A DNA stretch of 64,000 bases from Bacteroidia bacterium (GCA_034676125.1 JAUCCO010000002.1:2675-66674), one strand, 5' to 3'; counted from the first letter of the stretch, positions 48,141 through 59,044 are shown. A program made the numbers and translations. The notes: generated by a model from the letters alone, not told the origin.

Positions 48141-51100
48141 ATGCACGATACAAATAAAGAATTTAAACCATCCAGTTGGAGTATAGATAATAAAACTAGT
48201 ATTTATATAATTACTATTATTATTACGCTTGCCGGATTGTTTTCATACAATAAACTTCCTAAGGAACAATTTCCAGAGGTTAAGTTTCCAAGCATTCTAA
48301 TCACCACTGTTTATCCTGGTACTTCGCCTGCAGACATGGAACAGTTGGTTACTAAACAAATTGAAAAACAAATAAAAACCATTGTAGGAGTTAAAAAAGT
48401 AAAGAGTAACTCTGTTCAAGATTTTTCGGTAATTAATGTAGAGTTTAACACTGATCAAAATGTTGATTTGGCACTTCAACGTGTAAAGGATGCGGTTGAT
48501 AAATCTAAGAATGATTTACCACAAAATTTACCAGAAGACCCACAAGTGCGGGATATTGATGTATCGCAAATGCCAATTATGCAAGTGCATGTTAGTGGTA
48601 ATTTTCCGCTTGATAAACTAAAAACTTATGCCGAAGATTTACAAGATGAAATTGAAGGGTTAAAGGAAATTACCGAAGCCAAAATGGTTGGTGCTTTGCA
48701 ACGCGAAATTCAGGTTAATGTTGATATGTATAAGTCCCAAGTGGCAAACATTACTTTTATGGATATTGAAAATGCCATTAAGTACGAAAACATGACCATT
48801 AGTGGTGGCCTAATTGATATGGATGGTTTAAAACGAGCCATAAATGTTAAAGGCGAATACAAAGATCCTTCTAAGTTTGGTGATATAGTAGTACGTGGTT
48901 CAACAGGTGCTGTTGTTTATCTAAAAGATATCGCAGAAGTTAAAGATTCATACGAAGAAAAAGAAAGTTATGCGCGTTTAGAAGGCGAAAATGTAATTAG
49001 CTTAAATGTAATTAAACGTAGTGGCGAAAACCTTATTGCAGCATCAGATAAAATTCGCGATATTGCTGATAAACTTAGTAAAGAAAAATTTCCGTCAGAA
49101 TTAAAAGTTACCATAACTGGCGACCAGTCAGAAAAAACAAGGGTTACGCTGCATGATTTAATCAATACCATTATCATTGGTTTTGTTTTGGTTACTGTAA
49201 TTTTAATGTTTTTTATGGGTACTACCAATGCCATTTTTGTGGCCATGTCGGTACCACTTTCTTGTGCAATTGCTTTTATGATTTTTCCAGCAATTGGCTT
49301 TAAACTAAACTTTATTGTATTGTTTTCCTTCTTACTTGCTTTAGGTATTGTAGTAGATGATGCGATTGTAGTGGTAGAGAATACGCACCGTATTTTTGCT
49401 AATGGTAAAGTGCCAATTAAAAAGGCCGCTAAACTTGCAGCAGGTGAAGTGTTTTTACCTGTTTTTTCAGGTACCATGACAACCCTTGCTCCTTTTATTC
49501 CATTAGCATTTTGGCAAGGTGTAATTGGTAAGTTTATGTTTTATTTACCCATTACTTTAATTGTTACTTTATTAGCTTCGTTGGTGGTTGCTTATATTAT
49601 AAATCCTGTTTTTGCAGTAGATTTTATGAAAACCCACGAAGAGGAACAAAAAAATCGTGAGAATAAAAAAGGGTACAAAATTACTGCAATTGTATTTGGT
49701 GTTATTGCCTTGTTATCATACCTATCGGGTAATATTGGGTTGGGTAATTTTGCTATCTTAATGTTTGGATTGTATTCATTAAACCGTTTTGTGTTATGGA
49801 AGTGGATTAAAAATTTCCAAGAAAATAAATGGCCTAGGGTTCAAAATTTTTATGCCAATGGATTGGGCATTGCAAAAAAGTCGCCCTATTTGGTTATTAG
49901 TTGGTACATTAGGATTGTTTGTTTTTACTTTTGTATTGGTAGCTATAGTTAAACCTAAAGTTGTGTTTTTTCCAAAAGCAGATCCAAACTTTATTTATAC
50001 TTACATCACTTTACCAACAGGAACATCGGCAGCATACACCGACTCTATTACTCAAATTATTGAGCATAGGGTAACTAAAGTTGTTGGTGCAAATAATCCT
50101 TTAGTAGAGTCAATAATATCAAATGTTGCGGTAGGTGCAAACGATCCTTCGCAGTTTGAGTATAATTTTAGTCCAACGCCACACTTAGGTAAAGTTACTG
50201 TTGCTTTTGTTGAGTTTGGCAAACGTAATGGAGGTTCAACTACTGTTTATATTGATTTGATTAGAAATGCCACAAAAGGTATTCCTGGTGCCGAAATAAT
50301 TGTAGAGCAAGAAAGAAGTGGACCACCTACTGGTAAGCCTATTGCTATAGAAATAAAAGGTGATGATATAAACCAATTAACACAAGTTAGTGCTGGTTTA
50401 AAACGATACCTAGATTCGTTAACAATTGCTGGGGTTGAGGAGTTAAAATCGGATGTGCAAAGTAGTAAGCCAGAGTTGGTAATTGTGGTTGATAGAGAAC
50501 GTGCAAACCGTGAAGGAATTAGTACTGCACAAATTGGTAGCGAATTACGTACTGCCGTTTTTGGAAAAGAAGTGAGTAAATTTAAAGATGCTAACGATGA
50601 GTATCCTATTAATATAAGATACAAAGAAGAACAACGTAACAGTATTGATGCAATAATGAATTTAAAAATCACTTATCGTGATATGAATGCTGGTGGACAA
50701 ATTCGCCAAATTCCACTTTCATCAGTAGCATCAGTAAAATACGGAAATACTTATGGTGGTATAAAACGTTTAGATGATCAGCCCATTGTTACATTATCAT
50801 CAAATGTTTTAACAGGTTACAATGCCAATAATATTGTTGCAAAAATTAATAAATCTATCATGCGTTATAACTTCCCAACAGGAGTGTCTGCAAAAATGGG
50901 TGGCGAGCAACAAGATCAAGCTGAAACTGGTGCATTTTTAGGTACTGCATTAATGGTATCGTTTGGAATGATATTTTTAATATTGGTTACGCAGTTTAAT
51001 TCAATATCAAAACCAGTTATTATTTTAAGTGAAATATTCTTAAGTTTAATTGGTGTGTTTTTAGGCTTTACCATATTTAATATGGAAATATCCATCATGA

Positions 51101-51522
51101 TGACAGGAGTTGGAATTATAGCATTGGCAGGTATTGTGGTACGTAATGGTATATTATTGGTAGAGTTTACCGAGATATTAATTAAAGATGGAGTGCCGCT
51201 TCGCGAAGCAATTATTGATGCAGGAAGAACGCGTATGACACCTGTATTATTAACAGCTACAGCTACTATGTTGGGTTTAGTGCCATTGGCAGTAGGTTTT
51301 AATATTGATTTTGCTTCGTTGCTACAAACAGGTAATCCAAAGATTTTCTTTGGTGGAGATAGTGTTGCTTTCTGGGGTCCGTTGTCTTGGACGATGATTT
51401 TTGGGTTATCATTTGCTACTTTTTTAACTTTAATTCTTGTTCCGGTAATGCTTTATTTATCTGAAGGTCTTAAATTAAAATTAAAAGCGAAAAACACTAC
51501 AACACAAGTGGGGGAAAATTAA
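48141..51522 (+). pseudogene. efflux RND transporter permease (AcrB/HAE1-like) interrupted by a +1 frame change near 49843-49855
   Basis: ORF 48141-49952 carries TM1, the first periplasmic loop and TM2-6. ORF 49789-51522 carries TM7, the second loop and TM8-12. They overlap in different frames. The tail of the first frame after about 49855 reads as out-of-frame sequence, while the second frame gives a clean TM7 (WLLVGTLGLFVFTFVLVAIV). An A4T5 run sits at 49843-49851. Confidence 0.75.
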
Positions 51523-51560
51523 GTTTAAGGTGTGCTTTTTTTAACATGATTAGTGGAATG

Positions 51561-51589
51561 TAAAAAAACTTAAAAAAAACTAAAAAAAG
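51561..51589 (+). promoter_or_regulatory. three phased A-tracts (UP-element-like, predicted DNA bend)
   Basis: TAAAAAAACT, TAAAAAAAAC and TAAAAAAAG occur with exact 10-bp phasing, directly abutting the -33 TTTG. Confidence 0.55.
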
Positions 51590-51620
51590 TTTGCATTTCC
51601 TAAGTTAATAAATACCTTTG
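51590..51620 (+). promoter_or_regulatory. consensus Bacteroidota promoter with no adjacent CDS
   Basis: TTTG (51590-51593), a 19-nt spacer and TACCTTTG (51613-51620) are present. The nearest downstream CDS starts 330 nt away. Confidence 0.65.
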
Positions 51621-51625
51621 TCAAG

Positions 51626-51745
51626 CGTTTCAGATGCAACTGACCGCAACATTAAATCGATCTAAAATATTGCATCTTTGAGTAGAGGTGCAATTTGTTT
51701 CATAGGCTAGGGTGAGCCCCGGAGAAATCCGGGGTTTCGCTTTTT
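51626..51745 (+). ncRNA. candidate ~120-nt small RNA or terminator-containing leader (unidentified)
   Basis: It is bounded by the promoter above and the terminator at 51717-51745. Arm AGATGCAA (51632-51639) and arm AGGTGCAA (51686-51693) can each pair with TTGCATCT (51670-51677). I recognise no Rfam-like signature. Confidence 0.45.
51717..51745 (+). terminator. intrinsic terminator
   Basis: CCCCGGA-gaaa-TCCGGGG is a 7-bp GC-rich stem with a GNRA loop, followed by TTTCGCTTTTT. Confidence 0.8.
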
Positions 51746-51949
51746 ATAGGGTTTTGGTTTTTACATTTTTTGCCTACAATTTTCCTAGTTTTATAATCAT
51801 TTTACTCAAAATCAACCCAAGATAAATTTAAGCAAAATTGTATTTATAAAATTTGCCCAATTTATTAAGCCATACAAGCCACTTGTATAACTATTAATGT
51901 ATACACATTAACAACCTTTTGCCTATTTTCGCTGACTTTCATTTATATC

Positions 51950-52852
51950 ATGAGTATACAGGTAGAGCAACTTACTAAAATTTACGGAACACAAAGAGCT
52001 TTAGATGGCATTTCGTTTGAAGCAAAGCAAGGTGAGATACTTGGTTTTTTAGGGCCCAATGGCGCAGGTAAATCTACCACCATGAAAATTCTAACAGGCT
52101 ACATTCCTCAAACAAGTGGAATTGCCAAGGTTTGTGGGTTTGATGTAGCAACACAATCTATAGAGGTAAAAAAGCAAATTGGATACTTGCCAGAGTTAAA
52201 TCCATTGTATACGGATATGTATGTGAAAGAATACTTACAATTTAGTGCAGAAGTACAAGGGTTAAAAAACAACGCCAATAAAATAGTAGATGAGATGATT
52301 GAGCGAGTAGGTTTAACCATCGAACGCAAAAAGAAAATTGGCCAATTAAGTAAAGGTTACAAACAACGTGTTGGCCTTGCACAAGCTATGTTGCACAATC
52401 CCAAAGTTTTAATTTTAGATGAACCCACATCTGGTTTAGACCCTAATCAAGTAGTTGAAATCAGGGAGTTAATAAAGCAAATTGGTAAGGATAAAACAGT
52501 GTTACTCTCCACACATATTATGCAAGAGGTAGAGAGTATGTGTACACGTGTAATCATCATCAATAAAGGAAAAATTGTAGCCGATGATAATATTAGCGCA
52601 TTGCAACAACAAAGTAAAAATGAACTAACTATTGTGGTTGAGTTTAAAAATGATATTTCAGAAGCGGTGCTTAAAAATATTGAAGGTGTTAAGTTGGTTA
52701 AACAAAAAGGTAAACGGTATTTTTTAAAATGTTCTATCGATGTGCGCGAACAGGTTTCTAAAATTGCATCAACCCAAAACTGGATACTTTTATCCATGAG
52801 TTTAGAAGAAGAAACTTTAGAAGCAGTGTTTCAAAAATTAACCACCAAGTAA
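51950..52852 (+). CDS. gldA: gliding motility-associated ABC transporter ATP-binding subunit GldA
   Basis: It has Walker A GPNGAGKST, the signature LSKGYKQRVGLA and Walker B LILDEPTSGLD. It is close to F. johnsoniae GldA as I recall it, and gldF/gldG follow. Confidence 0.88.
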   Translation: MSIQVEQLTKIYGTQRALDGISFEAKQGEILGFLGPNGAGKSTTMKILTGYIPQTSGIAKVCGFDVATQSIEVKKQIGYLPELNPLYTDMYVKEYLQFSAEVQGLKNNANKIVDEMIERVGLTIERKKKIGQLSKGYKQRVGLAQAMLHNPKVLILDEPTSGLDPNQVVEIRELIKQIGKDKTVLLSTHIMQEVESMCTRVIIINKGKIVADDNISALQQQSKNELTIVVEFKNDISEAVLKNIEGVKLVKQKGKRYFLKCSIDVREQVSKIASTQNWILLSMSLEEETLEAVFQKLTTK

Positions 52853-52884
52853 ATTTTCAAATCATAAATTAGCTTGCTATATTA

Positions 52885-53613
52885 ATGTATACAATACTAA
52901 AAAAAGAAATCAGATCATTCCTTAGCTCATTAATTGCTTATGTAGTAATTACGGTGTTTTTAATAGCCATAGGATTATTTATGTGGGTGCTGCCAGAGTA
53001 CAACATTTTTGATATGGGATATGCCAACATGGATACATTATTTGGTATGGCACCGTGGGTATTTATCTTCTTAATTTCTGCCATTACAATGCGCAGTTTT
53101 AGCGAAGAGAAAAAAAGTGGTACAATAGAGATTATAACTACCAAACCTATAACTGATACACAAATTATTTTAGGTAAATATTTTGCAGGTGTAGTACTTG
53201 TATTGTTTTCTTTAATACCTACTTTATTATATTTTTATACCGTATATCAGTTGGGTGCGCCCAAAGGTAATATAGATATTGGTGCAACTTGGGGTTCGTA
53301 TATTGGCTTGTTTTTTTTAGCAAGTAGCTTTGTTGCCATTGGTATTTTTGCTTCGGTAATTACCGATAATCAAATTGTTTCGTTTATAGTTGGCATGTTT
53401 TTGTGCTACTGTTTTTATGCCTTGTTTGATATGTTTGCTAACTTTAATTTATTAGGTACTTATGATAATGTAGTGGCTAGTCTTGGTATAAAAGCCCATT
53501 ACGATTCAATGAGCAGGGGAGTAATAGATAGCAGAGATTTGCTTTATTTTTTAAGTATAATCACCGCATTTTTATGGTCAACCAAAACTGTTTTTGGTTC
53601 GCGTAAATGGTAA
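52885..53613 (+). CDS. gldF: gliding motility-associated ABC transporter permease GldF
   Basis: It is a 6-TM ABC-2 type permease lying between gldA and gldG. Confidence 0.82.
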   Translation: MYTILKKEIRSFLSSLIAYVVITVFLIAIGLFMWVLPEYNIFDMGYANMDTLFGMAPWVFIFLISAITMRSFSEEKKSGTIEIITTKPITDTQIILGKYFAGVVLVLFSLIPTLLYFYTVYQLGAPKGNIDIGATWGSYIGLFFLASSFVAIGIFASVITDNQIVSFIVGMFLCYCFYALFDMFANFNLLGTYDNVVASLGIKAHYDSMSRGVIDSRDLLYFLSIITAFLWSTKTVFGSRKW

Positions 53614-53656
53614 TTTTTTAAATAAAAATAGTTGTTAAAAACGCCAAGCGTTACTC

Positions 53657-55348
53657 ATGAAAAAAAGAAGTTTTAAAATACAATCGTTAATAGAATTAAG
53701 TTTAGTACTTACACTTTTGGTGTTTGCTAATTTAATACTTGCTAGTTATTTTTTTAGGGTTGATTTAACCTCTGAAAAAAGATATTCATTATCGCCAAGT
53801 AGTAAAAAACTTGCAGGTAAGGTTGATGATGTTTTGTTTGTTAAAGTTTATCTTGAAGGTGAATTCCCTTCTGGATTTAAGCGGTTACGCCAATCTACCA
53901 AAGAAATGCTTGACGAGTTTGCAGCATATGCCAACGGTAAGTTGCAATACGAATTTATAGATCCTTTTGAAAACGCTGATGCAAAAAAAGCAAATGATAT
54001 TTTACAAGAACTAGGCGAAAAGGGATTACAACCTACCAATGTTCAAATTAATAAGGATGATGAATCAACCCAAAAACTAATTGTACCCGGTGCAATTTTT
54101 TATTACAAAGGCAAAGAGTATCCAGTAAACTTATTAAAGGCGCAATTTGGCCAAGGTCCAGAGCAAGTAATTAACGAGTCGATTGAGTTAATGGAGTACG
54201 AAATTGCAAATGTATTGCGCAATTGTGTTGAAACTAAAGTAAAACAAGTAGCATTTATTGATGGCCATGGCGAATTATCACGCTGGGATGTAGCAGACGC
54301 ATCGCAAGCTTTAAAAGGATTTTATGCAGTTACTAGATTTGAATTAAGCTTGCAAACTCCGCAAAGTTTAATGAAAAACGAAGCATTAATTATCGCTAAA
54401 CCAACGCTACCTTTTTCAGAATACGAAAAGTTTTTGTTAGATCAGTTTGTAATGCATGGCGGTAAAATTTTGTGGTTAGTAGAATCGCAATTGGCAGATA
54501 TGGATAGCCTTGGCCAAAGCGGTATGTTTATGTCGGGCACTTACGATTTAAACTTGGATGATATGTTGTTTAAATGGGGCGTTCGCATCAACCCAAATAT
54601 TGTACAAGATTTACAGTGTAATGCCATACCTATTTTAAGCTCGTTACGTAATGGAAACCCAGAGCAAAAATTATTACCTTGGATGTTTTACCCAGTAGCA
54701 GCGCCACCTCAACAAAATGCACACATTACTGTAAAAGGAATAGATCCTGTATTTTTTCAGTTTGCTAGTAGTATTGATACCACTGCAAATTCGCACGTTA
54801 AAAAAACGATATTATTAACCACTTCACCATATTCGCGTGCAATTGGTGCACCTGTAAAAGTTGATTTAAACTTGGCACGTGTTCAACCAGATCCAGCTAT
54901 GTTTAAATCTGGGCATATTCCGTTAGCTGTTTTACTCGAAGGTAAATTTGTGTCGTTATTTCAATATCGTCCAGGTGCTAAAACTAACGAATTACCGTTT
55001 AAAGATTCGATATCTAATGGTAAAATGATTGTAATTGCCGATGGTGATGTAATACGCAATCAGCGTAAACAAAGTACGGGCGAAATTTTTCCTTTAGGTT
55101 ATGATAGGTACACCAATCAGCAATTTGGCAACAAGCGCTTTATTTTAAATTGTATTGATTATTTGTGTGACGATAGTGGAATTATTGAAGTTAGAGCTAA
55201 AGAAATTAAACTTCGATTGTTAGATAAAGGTAAACTAAAAACCGAGCGATTTAAATGGCAATTGATTAATATGGTTATCCCTATTTTAATTATGTTATTG
55301 TTTGGGATAATTAATAAAAGGGTTCGTAAACGTAAATATACTTTGTAA
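53657..55348 (+). CDS. gldG: gliding motility-associated ABC transporter substrate-binding/accessory protein GldG
   Basis: At 563 aa, it has N- and C-terminal TM anchors around a large periplasmic domain. Its position after gldF fits. Confidence 0.82.
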   Translation: MKKRSFKIQSLIELSLVLTLLVFANLILASYFFRVDLTSEKRYSLSPSSKKLAGKVDDVLFVKVYLEGEFPSGFKRLRQSTKEMLDEFAAYANGKLQYEFIDPFENADAKKANDILQELGEKGLQPTNVQINKDDESTQKLIVPGAIFYYKGKEYPVNLLKAQFGQGPEQVINESIELMEYEIANVLRNCVETKVKQVAFIDGHGELSRWDVADASQALKGFYAVTRFELSLQTPQSLMKNEALIIAKPTLPFSEYEKFLLDQFVMHGGKILWLVESQLADMDSLGQSGMFMSGTYDLNLDDMLFKWGVRINPNIVQDLQCNAIPILSSLRNGNPEQKLLPWMFYPVAAPPQQNAHITVKGIDPVFFQFASSIDTTANSHVKKTILLTTSPYSRAIGAPVKVDLNLARVQPDPAMFKSGHIPLAVLLEGKFVSLFQYRPGAKTNELPFKDSISNGKMIVIADGDVIRNQRKQSTGEIFPLGYDRYTNQQFGNKRFILNCIDYLCDDSGIIEVRAKEIKLRLLDKGKLKTERFKWQLINMVIPILIMLLFGIINKRVRKRKYTL

Positions 55349-55364
55349 AAAAGGAAGTTAAATT

Positions 55365-56372
55365 ATGAGTAAACAAGTTAAAGTTTTATTGGTATTGATG
55401 GTTGCAGCAGCAGCTATTTATTTTTTAGTAATTCGTAAACCGTTAAGGACGTATAGTGGCGATGGAACCGATTTTGCTATTGAAGATACTGGTAGCATAA
55501 CTAAGGTATTTATTGCAGATGCACGAAAAGCAACAGTGCTTTTAACCAAACAAGCCAATGGAAATTGGATGGTTGATAACAAAATTTTTGCCGATTTAAC
55601 TAAGGTAAACTTGTTGTTACAAACCATGCACGATGTTAAAATGCGTAACCCACTAGGCGAAAACCAATATAACACCGTAATAAAAGATTTAACGGCTGCT
55701 GGTATTAAGGTGGAGTTTTATAAGGGTAATGATTTAATTAAAACCATTTATGTTGGTCAAGCAACCCTCGATCAATCGGGTACTTTTATGATGATAGATG
55801 GTGCAAAAACACCTTTTGTAGCCCACATACCTGGTTTTGTGGGATACCTAACACCTCGTTTTCCGACAAACCCTGTTAAATGGAAAACCAAGTTAATTTT
55901 TGATGCGGATGCAAATGATATAGCCAATGTTTCTGTATCATACCCAATTACTCCACAACAATCATTTACCATTGATAATACAACTGCCGCACCAGTTTTA
56001 AAAGATGGCTCTGGTAACATTATCCAAGCAGATGTTAACTTTATTAAATATTATTTAGGTAGTTTTAAGCAATTGTATGCCGAGGCTTATGATGATAACT
56101 TTACCGCTGCTCAACATGATTCTATTGCGAATGGAGATGCCTATTGTATAATTAAATTAACGGATAAAGCGGGAGTAGATCAATCATTAAAATTGCATAT
56201 TAAAGGGGTTGATTTAAAAACAAAAAGCAGGTATGATGACAATGGAGTTGAACTTACTTTTGATACCGATAAATACTTTGGTTTTGTAAATAACGATAAC
56301 AATATGATGTACATACAAAACTATAACTTTGGTAGGGTACTAAAAAAGCTTAGTGATTTTAAAAAGAAATAA
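55365..56372 (+). CDS. DUF4340-like protein (commonly follows gldG)
   Basis: It has an N-terminal TM anchor and a beta-rich periplasmic body. The family assignment rests on position and memory, not on a search. Confidence 0.55.
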   Translation: MSKQVKVLLVLMVAAAAIYFLVIRKPLRTYSGDGTDFAIEDTGSITKVFIADARKATVLLTKQANGNWMVDNKIFADLTKVNLLLQTMHDVKMRNPLGENQYNTVIKDLTAAGIKVEFYKGNDLIKTIYVGQATLDQSGTFMMIDGAKTPFVAHIPGFVGYLTPRFPTNPVKWKTKLIFDADANDIANVSVSYPITPQQSFTIDNTTAAPVLKDGSGNIIQADVNFIKYYLGSFKQLYAEAYDDNFTAAQHDSIANGDAYCIIKLTDKAGVDQSLKLHIKGVDLKTKSRYDDNGVELTFDTDKYFGFVNNDNNMMYIQNYNFGRVLKKLSDFKKK

Positions 56373-56390
56373 TTGTTGTATGTTAGCTAT

Positions 56391-58442
56391 ATGAAACACA
56401 TAATTATTTTTATTTTATTTTGTTTTATTATAAGTGATATTGAGGCGCAAAATGTTCGACAGCATGAGCAAATTGATAGCCTTGAAGCAGTAGTAGCTAG
56501 CCAAAGTCAGGATACATTACTTTGTCATACTTATTGTAATTTGGCACTAAACTACCGTTCAATAAATATGGACAGTGTGATTTATTGGGCCGATAAGGCT
56601 GATGTATTAAGCAATAAACTTAATTTTAACAAAGGCATTCAGTTGGCTAATAATAATTTGGGTATTGCATATTACACAACAGGAAAATATACCGAAGCTA
56701 TTGATGCTTTTATAAAAAGTAAAAATGCTGCTGCTAAAAGACACGATACAATTAATTTAGCTTGGGCTTATAATAATATTGGTAACGTTTATATAGATTT
56801 AGCAGATTACAAAACCACATTGTTGTATTATGATAGTGCCTTTAAACTGCGAAAATTATTAAATGACAGTGGCGCGATGGCCCAAAGTTATATAAACTTT
56901 GGATATGTATATAAAGAGTTAGGGATTTATTCAAAAGCTCTGCTATCCTTATACGATGCGGTTAAAATACTTGAAAAAAACAATAACGAGCAGAGTTTAG
57001 CTTATTGTTATGATTTTATAGGTTCTGTATATAGCCAACAAAAAAAGTTTAGTTACTCCAATGTGTTTTATCAAAAAGCACTCGCTTTATATATCAAAAA
57101 CAATTACCGTTCGGGCGAGGCAATTGCGTTAAACTCTTTGGGTACTAATTATTACTCATTGGGTAATACAGAAAAAGGAAAGGCATTAGTTTATCAAGCC
57201 TATAAAATTTACGAAGATTTAAAAGACATTCGTCAGTTGGCTATTGTAAGCAGTACGTTAAGCGAGTTTTATACCAACGAAAACCAGCCTGATTCAGCAT
57301 TAATTTTGGCTCAAAAGTCTATTCAATACCACCTGCAAACCAATAATACGAGGCAATTAGGTGGAGCATATTTAAAACTATCAAATGCACAGGCTAAGTT
57401 AGGTAAATATAAAGAGGCAATTATATCTGCACAAAAAGCATATGAACTAACCCAAAGTACAGGCGAATTAAATAGTAAAAAACAAATTGCCGAAGCCCTA
57501 AGTAATTTGTATTTAAAGCAAGGTGATTTTGAGAATGCATATAAATATCAAATAATATATGGAGACATAAAAGATAGTTTGATAAACATTGCTAGTGAAC
57601 GTGCAATTGCCGAAATGCAAACAAAATATCAAACCGAAAAAAAGGATATTGAAATTGAAAAACAAGCTATAGAAATTAAGCGGAAACAAACTCAACTGGC
57701 ATTATCCATATTTGCCATAATTGCTGTTTTGGTGGTATCGGTATTGTTGTACAGTAGGCATGTATTAAAACAAAAAGCACTACTTAATGCAGTTTTACTT
57801 AAAGAGCAAAATATGCGAAACAAGGCCATTATTGAGGCCGAGGAAAAAGAAAGAGTACGTATTGCAAAAGAGCTTCATGATGGTATTGGGCAGCAGTTAA
57901 GTGCTACAAAAATGAATTTATCAGCACTCGAAAATAAAATTGACTTAGCGGATAAATACTTATTTGATGTGGCCATACAATTGGTAGATGATGCGGTAAA
58001 AGAAGTAAGAAGTATTTCGCATAATATGATGCCAAATGCTTTGATAAAATTAGGTTTGGCTAGTGCTGTTAGAGATTTTATAAATAAATTAGGAACTGGA
58101 GATAACCTAAAAGTAAACCTGGAAATTGTTGGCCTAAAAGAAACTTTACCAGCTAATATTTCAACAGTTTTATACAGGGTAGTACAAGAGTGTGTTACCA
58201 ATATTGTTAAACATGCACAAGCAAGTGTAGTTAACATTCAGTTTATTATGCATCAAGATAACCTAACCATTATGATTGAAGATAATGGAGTAGGGTTTGA
58301 TACCAAAAACATCAATCAATTTGAAGGAATTGGATTAAAAAACATGATTTCGAGGGTTGAGTTTTTAAACGGCACTGTTGATTTTGATTCCACCATTGGC
58401 AAAGGAACCACCACCATTATTAATGTGCCAGTTACAGGTTAG
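56391..58442 (+). CDS. TPR-repeat sensor histidine kinase (HisKA_3 / NarL-partner type)
   Basis: A signal peptide is followed by about 9 TPR-like repeats (YNNIGNVY, YINFGYVY and others) and one TM helix. The H-box ELHDGIGQQLS and the ATPase boxes EDNGVGF and GIGLKNM follow. The ATG at 56391 was chosen. Confidence 0.85.
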   Translation: MKHIIIFILFCFIISDIEAQNVRQHEQIDSLEAVVASQSQDTLLCHTYCNLALNYRSINMDSVIYWADKADVLSNKLNFNKGIQLANNNLGIAYYTTGKYTEAIDAFIKSKNAAAKRHDTINLAWAYNNIGNVYIDLADYKTTLLYYDSAFKLRKLLNDSGAMAQSYINFGYVYKELGIYSKALLSLYDAVKILEKNNNEQSLAYCYDFIGSVYSQQKKFSYSNVFYQKALALYIKNNYRSGEAIALNSLGTNYYSLGNTEKGKALVYQAYKIYEDLKDIRQLAIVSSTLSEFYTNENQPDSALILAQKSIQYHLQTNNTRQLGGAYLKLSNAQAKLGKYKEAIISAQKAYELTQSTGELNSKKQIAEALSNLYLKQGDFENAYKYQIIYGDIKDSLINIASERAIAEMQTKYQTEKKDIEIEKQAIEIKRKQTQLALSIFAIIAVLVVSVLLYSRHVLKQKALLNAVLLKEQNMRNKAIIEAEEKERVRIAKELHDGIGQQLSATKMNLSALENKIDLADKYLFDVAIQLVDDAVKEVRSISHNMMPNALIKLGLASAVRDFINKLGTGDNLKVNLEIVGLKETLPANISTVLYRVVQECVTNIVKHAQASVVNIQFIMHQDNLTIMIEDNGVGFDTKNINQFEGIGLKNMISRVEFLNGTVDFDSTIGKGTTTIINVPVTG

Positions 58443-58474
58443 AAATTCTTGTGGAGTAAAGTTAAATATTTAAT

Positions 58475-59041
58475 CTACTTCTCCCATTTTAATGTTTGTA
58501 TCATGTGCATGATGTCTTTTTCTAAGAAACTAAGCACTGGGGCAATACTATCTACATTGGTGCGCACATTAAAGTAAAGTGCACCTCGCATATAATTTGA
58601 AATACTATCAGTTACATAAAATTGAAAGTTGGTAGCCGTATTTCCGCTCAACTCATAAATCATTCCATGTAGGCGTTCGTTTTCTATATAGGTTTCGTAA
58701 ATCTCATCGGCTTTTACAGTGTGTTTATAAACCAAAGTTCTGGCATCTTCGGCAAGTTTATTAAGGTCGCTTGGTTTAGCTACCTTATCAAAACTAATGT
58801 GTAAGGTGGCATTATAAGGCTGGTAATAAATATTAAACCAGCATTTTTGATGTTCCATGCTAAAGTCGGGTAATACTGTTGCGTAATCAGGTATTTCGCA
58901 GCTAAAGCCACAATCGTTATGGTAGGCTGTGTATTGTTTTGGTTCAAAAACAAAACGCTGAAAACCGCGTGGTTTTGGTGTGTAATCTTCATTACATCCT
59001 ACAAAAGCAATTGATAACACCAACCATAAAAAAACTCTCAT
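58475..59041 (-). CDS. gldD: gliding motility lipoprotein GldD
   Basis: It has a lipoprotein signal (SIAFVGCN). PKPRGF and the C-terminal TLKWEK parallel F. johnsoniae GldD. It lies directly downstream of gldE. Confidence 0.85.
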   Translation of the reverse strand: MRVFLWLVLSIAFVGCNEDYTPKPRGFQRFVFEPKQYTAYHNDCGFSCEIPDYATVLPDFSMEHQKCWFNIYYQPYNATLHISFDKVAKPSDLNKLAEDARTLVYKHTVKADEIYETYIENERLHGMIYELSGNTATNFQFYVTDSISNYMRGALYFNVRTNVDSIAPVLSFLEKDIMHMIQTLKWEK

Positions 59042-59044
59042 AAA

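Noticed and set aside
51634-51681. The 15-codon ORF inside the candidate RNA, considered as a classical amino-acid attenuation leader peptide.
   Set aside because: It has no run of any regulatory codon (its sequence is MQLTATLNRSKILHL) and no biosynthetic operon lies downstream. I retain it only as a possible element of the hairpin switch.
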